Origin: TPA_inf: Saccharomyces | Lineage: Eukaryota | Direction of reading: 5' to 3' | NCBI GenBank assembly: GCA_000146045.2 | Contig: BK006939.2 | Coordinates: 416,001-480,000 of the forward strand | DNA length: 64,000 bases | Shown: positions 53,686 to 64,000 of the stretch, in pieces | Layout: each line of letters opens with the position of its first letter | Position numbering within the stretch: the first letter of the stretch is position 1 | Notes under the pieces: model-generated | Told to the model about the DNA's origin: nothing | Seen by the model: only the letters and a program-made list of their open reading frames with translations | Databases searched by the model: none | Translations under genes and position numbers: made by a program

Positions 53686-56424
53686 TTAATTTCTCTTTTG
53701 ATACATTAAAATATAGGCAGTCCTCGAATCAGAAGCTTCTTCGCCACCTTTCAAAACGTCATCGTCCTCTAGTTCGGTAATATTTACATCATCTATTCTA
53801 TACCATTTGTTGTGCTCGCTATGATAAACATCCGCTGTGTAATGACCGCCATCGGAACTTACCCCATGATGGTATATAACTCCGGTTAGCTTATATCTTC
53901 TATCATCAATCCCTGAGGTGTTGTTTTTCAATGTTATGGAAGACATTGATTCTTCAGGTATGATTAACTCGTGACCATATTTAATTTTTTTCCTGATCTT
54001 CTCAATACGTCCATTGTACGCGTTATAGTTCGTCATTGCGTTGTCTTTGTTCACATTATTTATGAATGAGAATCTTTTGAATTGGATTAAAAGAACTTGC
54101 GGCAATTTATCAATAAAAGTCTGCTTCTTGGCCTCGACATCATTCCCTGACGAGGACTTAAAGGGTAGCAATTCGTATTCACTAAATTTTTTGAATGCAG
54201 TTTCTAGATCATTCACACCAGCATCTGAAATGTCCAATTGAATTGTTTGGAACGGATCGAGTGTAATCGATTGAGATTCCTTATTGTTCGGTATATCTAA
54301 CACAGATCTGAACTGGCCACCGAAAAGTTTGGAGATTGGTGATGGAACAATCTCGACAGTCCTCTTGGCAGCGGTCTTAGTTTTCTTGCCTCTTTTGCTA
54401 GATCCGCTCACTTCATGCCAACCATTTTCTTCGGTAGAGTCATCATTGATCACGCCATATTTTTCTATCAACTCCTTCAGTCTAGGACTAGCATTTTTGA
54501 TAAACTCTGCTTTTCCATAACGTGACAAATTTCTAATAAAGAAAACTTTCAATTGTTCATCATTAATACTTTGCAGCATATTTTGAATTTCATTATCGGT
54601 TAAGCCATCAATTGCAGAAATTAATTCCTCGTGTAATTGGTCCAATAAGTGGGTCAAAAATTCTTCTGCGTCTTCCTGATGGCCCCATTGCAAGTCTTTG
54701 AACTTCGGTATAGTAGACAAAGTTTTGTAAAATTCGTCAGGTTTGACAGCATCGGCAGTGGCGCAGTGTTGGAAACTCTTGGATTTTGATGATTTTTTTG
54801 CATCACTTTCCGTGGTTTTTTCAGCATCATCAGCATTCTCTAGGAATTTTTTCTCATAGGTTTCCTTATCGAATTGCTTATACATAGTCAAACAAGCATC
54901 TAATAATTTACAGGATGATGTGCCGACTCTTGAATTGGTATTCCGTGTACTGAGAACGTTAATTACATCAATAAATGGCTTACAGTAGAGTAACACTTGT
55001 AACACAGAACTCATAAAACAAATGTTGGCTCTGTTAATTATGCCTCTTGGAATAATGGAATGGACTGGTATTTTGTTTTCAACATCTTTATTCCGTAAAA
55101 CGTAACTAATGAAATCGGGATCAAAACACATTCTTAACGCAATCGAACCCAGTGGCTCAATACCCTTTGTAGAAGGTGGAACGTATTTTTTATCCTTTTT
55201 CTGAGGCTGCTTGGACAACAGGGGAGAGCTGGATTTACCTATAGTCGCCGCAGCCATGTTTGTTGATGAAACGCCTGCGGTCGTACCAGAAATTGGTGTT
55301 TTAGTGACCATCGATCCGGAGACTGTTTTGTTACTAGCTTGTCTACTTTTAATCGCATCTGATGCTATGGCGGACCAGGATTTTGCTGCTGGAGGAGATG
55401 GTGAAGGTGAAGATGTCTTGGAAGTATTTTCTTCAACAGATTCCTCTGGTTCCTTCTTATCCACTACAGGTAAAACAGTAGCTTGAGGTTCCTGTATAAC
55501 TTTTTCGTTACGGTCTTGCTTAGCATCCTCTTTCTTTACTTCAGTTTTCTTTTTAAGCTCGTGCGCATCTTTGCTCGCATGTGGTTTTTTATCATGAGCA
55601 TCTTCTTCTTCCCCATGTGTTTCTGTCTTTACTTCCTCATTATGCTTTGGTATACTATGGCTTTTTGTGTGATGATGGGCAGAGCTCTTTTCTACAGATG
55701 AGTTCTCTAAGCTTTCAGAGTTTAGGTTCAAAGCCTTCATGTTTAATTCGTACCTTTGGACACTTGCCGCAGCAAATTCTGCTTCCGTAGTGTTTATGAA
55801 CAGTGGCAATTGAATCAAGTTTGATGAATTTTCCTTGAGATTCTTTAATTTAGTGACATCAAACTTGTATAAATCATACTGTGAAGAAGAGTTGTAGGAA
55901 GAGTACGATGGTGAAGTAGCCGAAGAACCGTTGCCGTTGGAAGAGTTGGTCTGTTTTTTCATGCCCGCATTGCTGCCACTGTTTGGAGAGGCCATCATGG
56001 GGATATGATTGTTAGAGTAATTGTGATGGTAGGTGTGGGATTTGTTGTAGCTCATGCCGCTACCGCTAGAGTTGGCGCCTTGATTACCGCTGCTTCCATT
56101 GTTATTGGTAATGCCATTAGAGTGCCACTTCTTCTTGTTAATGTTGTTGTTATTGGTAGTGCTTCCGCCGTTAATATTGTTTTGCGGAGGCAAGTGATGT
56201 GGGCTGCCACTTTGATGGTAGATTGGCTGGTTTTGGTTGACCATATTAAACGAATAGGCAGGTATTTGTGTGGGGTATAGATATGGGGCCTGAGTGTAGC
56301 CGTACATCTGCAAAGGCGCTTGATAAATAGGAATCTGCATATTGGTTGGCGTAGGTGGTGGTGGAGAAGAGGTTTTCGGGTACATCGAGTACGACTCTTC
56401 TTTGTTAGCGTCTTGCATGTTCAT
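53686..56424 (-). CDS. UBP3: Ubiquitin-specific protease (Bre5 partner), 912 aa
   Basis: The first ATG (CAT at 56422-56424) gives MNMQDANKEESYSMYPK.... The N-terminus is Asn/Ser-rich and low-complexity. The USP catalytic domain has a Cys box GIINRANICFMSSVLQVLLYC and a His box YKLTGVIYHHGVSSDGGHYTADV. Confidence 0.9.
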   Translation of the reverse strand: MNMQDANKEESYSMYPKTSSPPPPTPTNMQIPIYQAPLQMYGYTQAPYLYPTQIPAYSFNMVNQNQPIYHQSGSPHHLPPQNNINGGSTTNNNNINKKKWHSNGITNNNGSSGNQGANSSGSGMSYNKSHTYHHNYSNNHIPMMASPNSGSNAGMKKQTNSSNGNGSSATSPSYSSYNSSSQYDLYKFDVTKLKNLKENSSNLIQLPLFINTTEAEFAAASVQRYELNMKALNLNSESLENSSVEKSSAHHHTKSHSIPKHNEEVKTETHGEEEDAHDKKPHASKDAHELKKKTEVKKEDAKQDRNEKVIQEPQATVLPVVDKKEPEESVEENTSKTSSPSPSPPAAKSWSAIASDAIKSRQASNKTVSGSMVTKTPISGTTAGVSSTNMAAATIGKSSSPLLSKQPQKKDKKYVPPSTKGIEPLGSIALRMCFDPDFISYVLRNKDVENKIPVHSIIPRGIINRANICFMSSVLQVLLYCKPFIDVINVLSTRNTNSRVGTSSCKLLDACLTMYKQFDKETYEKKFLENADDAEKTTESDAKKSSKSKSFQHCATADAVKPDEFYKTLSTIPKFKDLQWGHQEDAEEFLTHLLDQLHEELISAIDGLTDNEIQNMLQSINDEQLKVFFIRNLSRYGKAEFIKNASPRLKELIEKYGVINDDSTEENGWHEVSGSSKRGKKTKTAAKRTVEIVPSPISKLFGGQFRSVLDIPNNKESQSITLDPFQTIQLDISDAGVNDLETAFKKFSEYELLPFKSSSGNDVEAKKQTFIDKLPQVLLIQFKRFSFINNVNKDNAMTNYNAYNGRIEKIRKKIKYGHELIIPEESMSSITLKNNTSGIDDRRYKLTGVIYHHGVSSDGGHYTADVYHSEHNKWYRIDDVNITELEDDDVLKGGEEASDSRTAYILMYQKRN

Positions 56425-56656
56425 TTTTTTTAATGATGATGGAAAGGAAAGCGGTACCTGGATGATGGTAGCAGACGAGTCTGACTTACTATTAAAATGA
56501 CTTTCTTCTCTAGAAACACTTCTCTTCCCTTTCGCTTTTTCGCTGCTTGTTTGTTTTATCACATTATATTTTTTTCCTTCTTTTTCTTTTTCTTCCTTGC
56601 CTTTGCCCGTAGAAAAATTACCCTCTTATTACCGTTCACCTATATACGTATTCCTT

Positions 56657-57988
56657 CTACATAGTTATGTTATTGGTGATCGCATGAGATTTGCAAACAG
56701 CACCAAACAGCTCAATGCCCCTGTCGATATCATCAACTTCTAAGAAACTAATAGAAAGCCTAAAGCATGACTGACCCCAGTTTTTCTCATCGCCGATGAC
56801 CTCGAAATTGGAGCCGTCGGCAAGGATGACATTAAATTTCTTGGCAAGAATAGTGGATATCTCCATGGCATTGTACGCTGGTGGGAGAGTGATCCAAGTA
56901 AAATAGCCGCCCTTCAATGGCATAATCTCGGTTCCTAGGGGCATGTATTTCTTAAGCGCCGAGGTCAAGACAGTGGCCCTCTCGGAGTATACGGATCTCA
57001 GATGTGCAATGCATCTCTGGGCGGCACCACTACGCAGCATCTCACCCACGATCATGGAGTTCAGTTGTGAGGGAGTTCCGCCAGAGACGTTTGCACCACC
57101 TTTAGATAGCTGTCTGGCGAGATTCGCGTTGATTGACTCATGGTATCCAAATCTGAGCCCAGGGGCGATCAGCTTGGAGAAAGTTGCGTTGGACACTGTA
57201 TTCCCGAACGAGTCCTCACCGGAGGGCGCTGTACTTCTGTCTATGTGCACCATCCTTAGGGGCGGAGAGGGCAGCTCATCTGAGGGCGTCGTGTAATCTA
57301 GAATATCGTACACGTCATCAGTGATTATCAGCATGTCGTACTTCCGAGCGATGTCGATAAGTCTGCGTCTGGTCTCAAGCGAGTATGTGTTTCCCGATGG
57401 GTTTGCAAACGTCGGGATGCAGTACATAACGTACCTGTAGACCTTCTTGGTCAACTTTGGCCCCTGAATCATCTCTGTGGTACTATGGGGCTGCGGCTCC
57501 GCCTCGTGCTGCTCAAGGGCAGAAATCAACGACTCGAAATCAATCGAGTCGTGGCCCTGCTCGTTGATGGCGGTCATTTTCCCCTTGAATCCCGCATCTG
57601 TGAAGCAATTGTTGATCAAGAAATATGTTGGCGTGATGATGAACGCCTGCCTGGTATACCCGTTATGTGGCAAGGTTGTTTGCAGAAGGATGTTCAGCAT
57701 GCCATACGAAGCGCCGCTATTCAGATTCAAATAGTCTGCCCGTGTCCTGCTCCGAGCCCCATTTTCGAACTTAAACAGCTGATCATTCAGAAACGTACAA
57801 ATCTGCTCTCGCACCCACAGGGCACCTTCGTCCGAACCGTACGTCAGCGGATGCCTGTTATAGGGGTCGTTATCGTACTCCCTGGTCTCGGGCCCCAATA
57901 TAGCCGCAGTCGCTTGAATTACTGCTTCTCGAGGCAGCAACCTCGAGCTCGGATGGCCCTTGAAGAAATTGATTTCCTTGTATTTCAT
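56657..57988 (-). CDS. YER152C: PLP-dependent aminotransferase, class I/II fold, 443 aa
   Basis: The ATG is CAT at 57986-57988. The aminotransferase signature is present (…FLINNCFTDAGFKGKM…, PLP-lysine region …TFANPSGNTYS…). Confidence 0.8.
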   Translation of the reverse strand: MKYKEINFFKGHPSSRLLPREAVIQATAAILGPETREYDNDPYNRHPLTYGSDEGALWVREQICTFLNDQLFKFENGARSRTRADYLNLNSGASYGMLNILLQTTLPHNGYTRQAFIITPTYFLINNCFTDAGFKGKMTAINEQGHDSIDFESLISALEQHEAEPQPHSTTEMIQGPKLTKKVYRYVMYCIPTFANPSGNTYSLETRRRLIDIARKYDMLIITDDVYDILDYTTPSDELPSPPLRMVHIDRSTAPSGEDSFGNTVSNATFSKLIAPGLRFGYHESINANLARQLSKGGANVSGGTPSQLNSMIVGEMLRSGAAQRCIAHLRSVYSERATVLTSALKKYMPLGTEIMPLKGGYFTWITLPPAYNAMEISTILAKKFNVILADGSNFEVIGDEKNWGQSCFRLSISFLEVDDIDRGIELFGAVCKSHAITNNITM

Positions 57989-58040
57989 TACCGCTTGCTA
58001 GCACGCGTTGTTCCTTGTTACAGCGATGCTCCACCCAGAT

Positions 58041-58805
58041 TTATGTGTTGATTTCAAATCCTCTTCTCTTTATCACTAGTTCGGCATCCAGCAGCGGCAG
58101 CCCGCGATAACTTTGACGGAACTCCGCCAGCACACGTCGCGCCTGCGCTGGGCCGGGAACATGCCAAAGGACACCAGCCAGTAGTAGCGGTAGTGACCAT
58201 TCGTTCTTTATCACTAGGGGCTGTCGTCCAAACAACGCCAGGGCAGCTGCTTGCTCATCTTGCTGCATCAATGCTATGCCCATAGCCTTGGTCATTTGCG
58301 GGAAGTCGCGCAGCCTTAATGGCGGCTGCCCTGGTAGCGTATCCATCTCCTGCAAGAATACCTTCCACTTTTCCCTGAGCGCCGTGGAGTGCATTGTGCC
58401 ACGCGCAAACGCTTCGACTTTAATCCGTCTAAGCTCATACTCAATCAGTTCATCTTCTGGGCTGGTGCGACGATCGCGATTCATCGCCTGGTAGTGCTGG
58501 AGGAACTGCGCGGGTAAGAAGAGCCTGTCCTGGTACAATGCTACGCCAGCCATTTCACATAGCAGGCGGCCCTCTACTGGCAACCGGCGTGGCATCACAT
58601 GCTGATACCACATGTATGCTATAGTGTCGGCATGGGCAAGCGCAGCGGCTCGCGCTAGCATCGTGTGCAGCAGCTCCACATCCACGCTGGTCTGCTGCTG
58701 CTGACGCAGCAGCGCCAGTGCATCGGACATTTTCCCGTTTAAACTGCTTAACAGTATTCGCGACCGCACATCGGTGGTCACCAGTCTTTTCGTGATAGTC
58801 AACAT
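58041..58805 (-). CDS. PET122: Mitochondrial translational activator of COX3 mRNA, 254 aa
   Basis: The start is an ATG (CAT at 58803-58805) and the protein is 254 aa, matching YER153C. Its stop lies only 52 bp upstream of the YER152C ATG. Confidence 0.8.
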   Translation of the reverse strand: MLTITKRLVTTDVRSRILLSSLNGKMSDALALLRQQQQTSVDVELLHTMLARAAALAHADTIAYMWYQHVMPRRLPVEGRLLCEMAGVALYQDRLFLPAQFLQHYQAMNRDRRTSPEDELIEYELRRIKVEAFARGTMHSTALREKWKVFLQEMDTLPGQPPLRLRDFPQMTKAMGIALMQQDEQAAALALFGRQPLVIKNEWSLPLLLAGVLWHVPGPAQARRVLAEFRQSYRGLPLLDAELVIKRRGFEINT

Positions 58806-59019
58806 GACGTGTTCCGTTCTTATGTTCGAGCTAATGCCTCGTCTGCTCTTCCACGTTCAGATGTTCCCTTGATTGCTCAAAACACTCTCAGCAGGCCGAG
58901 ATTTCGATTTTAGCCAGCAGTACGGAAGTAATCCGAGCCATGAAAAATTTAACCAGTGGCTCGCCCTCTATACGTATCTGTTCACGTACAAGCGGAGCCA
59001 CAGAATAACCTCCCCGACG

Positions 59020-60228
59020 ATGTTCAAACTCACCTCTCGACTCGTCACGTCAAGGTTTGCTGCCTCTTCCAGACTGGCCACCGCTCGAACCATAGTATTG
59101 CCCCGGCCCCATCCGTCATGGATCTCTTTTCAGGCCAAAAGATTTAATTCGACGGGCCCAAATGCCAACGATGTCTCGGAAATCCAAACCCAGTTGCCTT
59201 CCATCGATGAATTAACCTCTTCAGCTCCTTCTCTTTCCGCTTCTACTTCGGACCTTATCGCTAACACGACCCAAACAGTGGGCGAGTTGTCCTCCCATAT
59301 AGGGTACTTAAATAGCATTGGCCTGGCCCAAACCTGGTACTGGCCCTCGGACATTATCCAACACGTCTTGGAGGCCGTTCATGTTTACTCTGGGTTGCCT
59401 TGGTGGGGAACTATCGCGGCCACCACCATCCTCATTCGATGCCTGATGTTTCCCCTCTATGTCAAGTCCTCTGATACTGTTGCTAGAAATTCCCATATCA
59501 AGCCCGAGCTGGACGCCTTGAATAATAAGCTAATGTCCACTACAGATTTGCAACAAGGTCAGCTAGTCGCCATGCAAAGGAAAAAACTGCTCTCCTCGCA
59601 CGGCATTAAGAACAGATGGCTGGCCGCACCCATGCTACAAATTCCAATCGCCCTTGGGTTTTTCAACGCATTGAGACACATGGCTAACTACCCAGTAGAT
59701 GGGTTCGCTAATCAAGGTGTCGCTTGGTTTACAGACTTGACTCAAGCAGACCCTTACTTAGGTTTGCAAGTAATCACTGCCGCTGTGTTCATCTCATTTA
59801 CAAGGCTGGGGGGTGAGACTGGTGCTCAACAATTCAGTTCTCCCATGAAGCGTCTTTTCACTATTCTACCGATCATTTCTATACCGGCCACAATGAACTT
59901 ATCGTCCGCTGTGGTCCTCTACTTTGCCTTTAATGGTGCCTTCTCCGTCCTACAGACAATGATTTTGAGAAACAAATGGGTTCGTTCGAAACTGAAGATA
60001 ACAGAAGTAGCTAAACCAAGGACTCCTATCGCTGGCGCTTCCCCCACAGAGAACATGGGCATCTTCCAATCATTAAAACATAACATTCAAAAGGCAAGAG
60101 ATCAGGCGGAAAGAAGGCAATTGATGCAAGATAATGAGAAGAAGTTACAAGAAAGCTTCAAGGAGAAGAGGCAGAATTCCAAAATCAAAATTGTTCACAA
60201 ATCAAACTTCATTAATAACAAAAAATGA
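59020..60228 (+). CDS. OXA1: Mitochondrial inner-membrane insertase (YidC/Oxa1/Alb3 family), 402 aa
   Basis: The first ATG at 59020 gives MFKLTSRLVTSRFAASSRLATARTIVLPRP..., a presequence, followed by five transmembrane segments. The track start at 58873 is a TTG. Confidence 0.9.
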   Translation: MFKLTSRLVTSRFAASSRLATARTIVLPRPHPSWISFQAKRFNSTGPNANDVSEIQTQLPSIDELTSSAPSLSASTSDLIANTTQTVGELSSHIGYLNSIGLAQTWYWPSDIIQHVLEAVHVYSGLPWWGTIAATTILIRCLMFPLYVKSSDTVARNSHIKPELDALNNKLMSTTDLQQGQLVAMQRKKLLSSHGIKNRWLAAPMLQIPIALGFFNALRHMANYPVDGFANQGVAWFTDLTQADPYLGLQVITAAVFISFTRLGGETGAQQFSSPMKRLFTILPIISIPATMNLSSAVVLYFAFNGAFSVLQTMILRNKWVRSKLKITEVAKPRTPIAGASPTENMGIFQSLKHNIQKARDQAERRQLMQDNEKKLQESFKEKRQNSKIKIVHKSNFINNKK

Positions 60229-60344
60229 ATAAAGGCTCTATATCTCTCTGTAAATATAAAAATATAAAACTCAAACCCTCGATAGGCGGGACCAAATTTT
60301 TTCTCTCTCAGCAGTGGATTGTATACATTTACCACGAAAATTGT

Positions 60345-63300
60345 TTATTGCTTGAAATAATCATTTGGATTCTTAATAAAATCTTGCAGGATTGTCTGAA
60401 CTGCACCTAATCTGGACCCCATGCTGTTGGCTAAGTCTTCTTGGTTTATAAAACTCATGGAAAATACAATAGCCAAGTTTGATGCGTCCATTTTATTATT
60501 TACAACATGCTGATGTACTTTATTCAAATGAAATACAATTCTTTTCAAAGTTTGGTAATAGCATGTAGGTAACTTTTGGAGTAACTCATTCATCATTCTC
60601 TTGTATTCTTCATTTACCATTGCATGTGCTTTATACTTAATCGCCAAATCGGTAAAGTCGTTCACCATAGCATGAGAAAATAAAGAATCTGGTAACTCTC
60701 TTAAATACATCTTAAAACAGCCTGCGATCGCATTCACTTCAAACCATCTATCGTCCTCTAATGTAAAGGAATTATCTGTTGCACCTTCTTCGTCAAATGC
60801 GTTCTTTAGTGCATTTATACTGCCGATGGAACCAGGAATTCTGTACAATCCCACTTCATCTAGCCCACGCAGCTCAATCTCTTCCAGCAATTTCACAACA
60901 ATTGTAGGTATCAAGGTATTCTCTCTTTCACAAACGTCTTCTAATGGTACCCCAAATATCTTATTATGAGTTTTACCTTTATATTTTTTCGAATGGAATG
61001 AAAATCTCTTGGAAGCCTTGATCATTTTTATCCATTCTGTGAGGTCACTAGAACTAGCCGTTTGAATCAGATATTCATGGCCATTTTGCATAACTATCTT
61101 GAACGCATAGTAGTAAGCCGGAATGTTTCTGTGATTGATTATTTCCATTATTGACTTGATTTCAAAGGTCTTCAAACTATAACTAGGTTTTAAGTCGTGT
61201 AGTTGCATGGAATCAACCTCTGGAAGTATACTTGGTAGAATGGATTTGTTACTTGAAACTTCTTGCGATAATATACTGTTGAGTGAATAATTAGAACTGG
61301 ATGTGTTGAATCCACCGATTGAAAATGGTCTTCTGAAAAATCCACCTATTTTTTTACTAACACCATTATGGCTGGAATTTGACACTACTGATGATCTATT
61401 TGTGGAAAAGGAGGCCCTTGAATCTCTTCTATTCCTTGCTGAATTATTGCTTTCCATAACACTACCTAGAGAAGGCGTTTGACCGGTGTTCTTATTGATA
61501 TTATAGCTATGATCGTTGTCACTATGAGTACCTGAGATAATAACAGACTTCCTATTCTTTTTCGGAACGGCCTGATGTAAAGCAGCAGAGTTCTTCAAGA
61601 TCTTTTCTTGATCGAGTAAAACCTCTAATTTTCTGGCTTCCCTCTTTATTTTTTCAATTTCATTGACTAGTATTTCATTAAATACTCCCTGCTCTTGAAA
61701 TCTCTCCGATATGGCTTCTGATTCTGATACTTTTTTAGTCTTCTTTCTGTATACTTTATTAACATCTTCAAAATTATTGAACAGAATGCGGCCAAATGTA
61801 GTTCTTTTCGAAGGATTTTCGTCACTCATTTCAATATCAAGTGGAAACTCCCTTTCGTTCGGAATTAAATCCAAGACATTAGATATTATGTTGTTAACAA
61901 ATCTCCTTTTGTCAAAATTAATAAGTTTCGAATTAGTGATACTCATGTTAGGGACAAACTGAGATATTTCTAGTAACCTTGAAATGAACCAACCAGGGCA
62001 GGGGCATAAATTCTTGCAGTTTTTGCTGAATACATCATCAATCTCAATGAATCTCTTTATATGTATGTCATCTATCTTCTCTAAAACGTTACTAATCGAT
62101 CTTAGATTTTGGGTTCCTTTAGTAGGGTCCGAAAGTTTTTCAGAAGCTTTGATCCACGAAAGTTCATAGTTTCTAGACTCTGGTGATATTATGGCATGCG
62201 CAATAGCAGTTTCAATAAAAGCTGGAATGTGTGGACAAATAGCATGAGGACTTTCATCCTCCTCTGAATCAAATAAATCCAAACTTCCGTTTTTCCAGCG
62301 GATGTAGTTCAAAATTTGTAATATAACTTTACAAGTAGTTAACCTTTCACTACTGCTTTTGTTGACGTTTGAAATTTCCATCACGAAAAACGTAGTTAGA
62401 CTCGTGTGTAACTTTATTAACAATTTTATAGATTGTGGTAGTTTTTCAAAAAAAAGACTCTCCGTACCATTATCATCCTTAAGAATCAATGTAGAAATCC
62501 AAGTAAAAAGATTGGAAATTTCAAACTCGTGCAATTGCAAATATCCGGGGTTTATCAATTTGCTTGACTTAAAATGTAGCGGATAATTGAAAAAAGAGAC
62601 CAGAGATTCCTTTGAAAGCAATTCCAACTCCTGGAAAAGAACTATCCAATCTTTCTTAGAAACTAAATTGAACTTCTTAGAAATAAAGTTATCTAACTGG
62701 TAGATCCATTCTAGTATATCTTCGTAATTGGTTGAGTGTAACTTTTGAAAAGATCTAATCATGTCATCGCTAAAGGAAGGATCATCAATGATGTTGTTAA
62801 GATCTGTAAAAGAGAATGTGTTAAAGGAATTCAAAATGTCAGTTATTCTCTTCTGAGTTCTATTGACACCAATAGGTCTGTATAGTTGCTTTTGGTATGC
62901 TGATTTAATACCATGAAATAGATCAGTTAACGTAGTCAACAAATTTTCTGTTTCAATCACAAAATTTTCTGGTAGGCTTTTTTGTAACTTTGAGTTTGCA
63001 ATTCGCGTAGGCCATTCAGTGGATACTTCTTGTTCCATTATTTTTATAATATCCAATAGAGTAGAGTTGTTACATAAATCGTCAGTAAAGTCAGAGTAAT
63101 GATTTTTCACTAAATGTAGTATAGCTTCCGCGGCGCCGATTTGGATTTTTGCCATATAAATAAGGTTTATGTTTTCATCGTCAGTTACTTTCATATCCCA
63201 AACAGGAAAATTTTGGTCGTATAATGAAGAGGACACTAAATTTGTATCCTCATTTATCTTCATTTTAGAATCATCACTGCGATCTAAAATCTTGGAAATT

Positions 63301-64000
63301 GACACGCTGCAACTCTTTGCACCAACATACCGTTTTGCCATATTTTCTAATACCGTAGTTGTAGTAGTAAAGCTTTTATAAGTGTTGAAGAATGTTTCTG
63401 TGAAAATATCATTGTCCATAGTTAGTTTAACGAATGCATAATCTAGTAGTCCTATGTTATCATCGGAAAGCCCTCTGGTAGAATGACCCCTTTGTCTTTG
63501 ATGATAGTAATAATTCTCAAGGTCTTTAGTGTCTACCAATTTTGAAAAGATATTTGAAGTTAATACCAGTAAATCAAAAATCTTTTCTAGCGACGACGAT
63601 TTCAATACGACACGAATAATCGATTCTTTTAGTGAATCTGATACTTGACCAATATTGTTGAAAAAGTCCATATTTTCTAATGTCTTACTTAGTCTTCCAG
63701 TGGTATCCAAGGAATCTCTCATCTTTTGGTTTGGAGTAGCTGGATTATTAATAAGCATGGAAGAGTGTTGTGAGAATCTCTTTGGTGTTTCTATGACCAT
63801 ACTAGCAGGACGGGATTTACCATCATTATCGTATACCGATTTAAATACTAACTCATCTGATATATGAAACACATCCATGTCAATATTAAAAACATCTCTC
63901 ACAGATTTTAATAGTCTCTGTTTATTTGATTGTTTTGACGACATCTCTTTGATCACAGGTCCGTCAATTTTTCCAACACCTGTAACTTTATTATTATCAT
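60345..64000 (-). CDS. BEM2: C-terminal part (about 1218 codons) of a Rho-GAP protein. The N-terminus lies beyond the window.
   Basis: The frame is open to the window edge. The apparent M at 63956 is a GTG. The C-terminus has a PH domain and a RhoGAP domain (…GLYRIPGSIGSINALKNAFDEEG… with the arginine finger). Confidence 0.85.
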   Translation of the reverse strand, partial: DNNKVTGVGKIDGPVIKEMSSKQSNKQRLLKSVRDVFNIDMDVFHISDELVFKSVYDNDGKSRPASMVIETPKRFSQHSSMLINNPATPNQKMRDSLDTTGRLSKTLENMDFFNNIGQVSDSLKESIIRVVLKSSSLEKIFDLLVLTSNIFSKLVDTKDLENYYYHQRQRGHSTRGLSDDNIGLLDYAFVKLTMDNDIFTETFFNTYKSFTTTTTVLENMAKRYVGAKSCSVSISKILDRSDDSKMKINEDTNLVSSSLYDQNFPVWDMKVTDDENINLIYMAKIQIGAAEAILHLVKNHYSDFTDDLCNNSTLLDIIKIMEQEVSTEWPTRIANSKLQKSLPENFVIETENLLTTLTDLFHGIKSAYQKQLYRPIGVNRTQKRITDILNSFNTFSFTDLNNIIDDPSFSDDMIRSFQKLHSTNYEDILEWIYQLDNFISKKFNLVSKKDWIVLFQELELLSKESLVSFFNYPLHFKSSKLINPGYLQLHEFEISNLFTWISTLILKDDNGTESLFFEKLPQSIKLLIKLHTSLTTFFVMEISNVNKSSSERLTTCKVILQILNYIRWKNGSLDLFDSEEDESPHAICPHIPAFIETAIAHAIISPESRNYELSWIKASEKLSDPTKGTQNLRSISNVLEKIDDIHIKRFIEIDDVFSKNCKNLCPCPGWFISRLLEISQFVPNMSITNSKLINFDKRRFVNNIISNVLDLIPNEREFPLDIEMSDENPSKRTTFGRILFNNFEDVNKVYRKKTKKVSESEAISERFQEQGVFNEILVNEIEKIKREARKLEVLLDQEKILKNSAALHQAVPKKNRKSVIISGTHSDNDHSYNINKNTGQTPSLGSVMESNNSARNRRDSRASFSTNRSSVVSNSSHNGVSKKIGGFFRRPFSIGGFNTSSSNYSLNSILSQEVSSNKSILPSILPEVDSMQLHDLKPSYSLKTFEIKSIMEIINHRNIPAYYYAFKIVMQNGHEYLIQTASSSDLTEWIKMIKASKRFSFHSKKYKGKTHNKIFGVPLEDVCERENTLIPTIVVKLLEEIELRGLDEVGLYRIPGSIGSINALKNAFDEEGATDNSFTLEDDRWFEVNAIAGCFKMYLRELPDSLFSHAMVNDFTDLAIKYKAHAMVNEEYKRMMNELLQKLPTCYYQTLKRIVFHLNKVHQHVVNNKMDASNLAIVFSMSFINQEDLANSMGSRLGAVQTILQDFIKNPNDYFKQ

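Noticed and set aside
58873-59019. N-terminal extensions shown by the ORF track for OXA1 (49 aa), UBP5 (95 aa), FTR1, MAG1, EMP65, LSM5, PEA2, SPI1, SCC4, UBP3, YER134C and SAK1
   Set aside because: The track translates TTG and GTG as initiator M. I checked the codons, for example TTG at 58873, GTG at 44506-44508 and TTG at 1275. The real starts are the first ATGs, which reproduce the known protein lengths.

Overview
This window matches Saccharomyces cerevisiae chromosome V, right arm, running from the 3' end of YER128W (VFA1) to the middle of YER155C (BEM2). The ORF lengths and protein sequences fit, in order: SAK1, COM2, RPS26B, PMD1, GLC7 (with its intron), YER134C, GDI1, YER137C, RTR1, EMP65, COX15, MAG1, DDI1, UBP5, FTR1, LSM5, SCC4, SPT15, PEA2, SPI1, UBP3, YER152C, PET122, OXA1 and BEM2. 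The ORF track uses TTG/GTG as starts, so I re-set most protein starts to the first ATG that gives the known protein length.

Non-coding genes I can support are six tRNAs (His-GUG, Lys-CUU, two identical Val-AAC copies, Ile-AAU), the 522-nt SRP RNA SCR1, and two C/D-box snoRNAs (snR4 and the Pol III-transcribed snR52).

The accessory-like part of the window is a Pol III / Ty integration hotspot at about 15.5-34 kb. It holds a Ty3 sigma 18 bp upstream of tRNA-His with an AGAAC target duplication, several solo and diverged delta LTRs, and an intact 5.9-kb Ty1. That Ty1 sits in the opposite orientation inside an older solo delta with a CATCT target duplication, which creates an inverted LTR repeat about 300 bp long.

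Other things worth a look are a GC-rich tRNA-like element with a strong B-box in the SPI1 promoter that I cannot explain, two Aft1 consensus sites in the FTR1 promoter, and an 11-bp perfect inverted repeat upstream of LSM5. I see no prokaryote-style defence system or other novel gene system. This is a well-characterised eukaryotic region whose unusual structure comes from Ty elements and Pol III genes.
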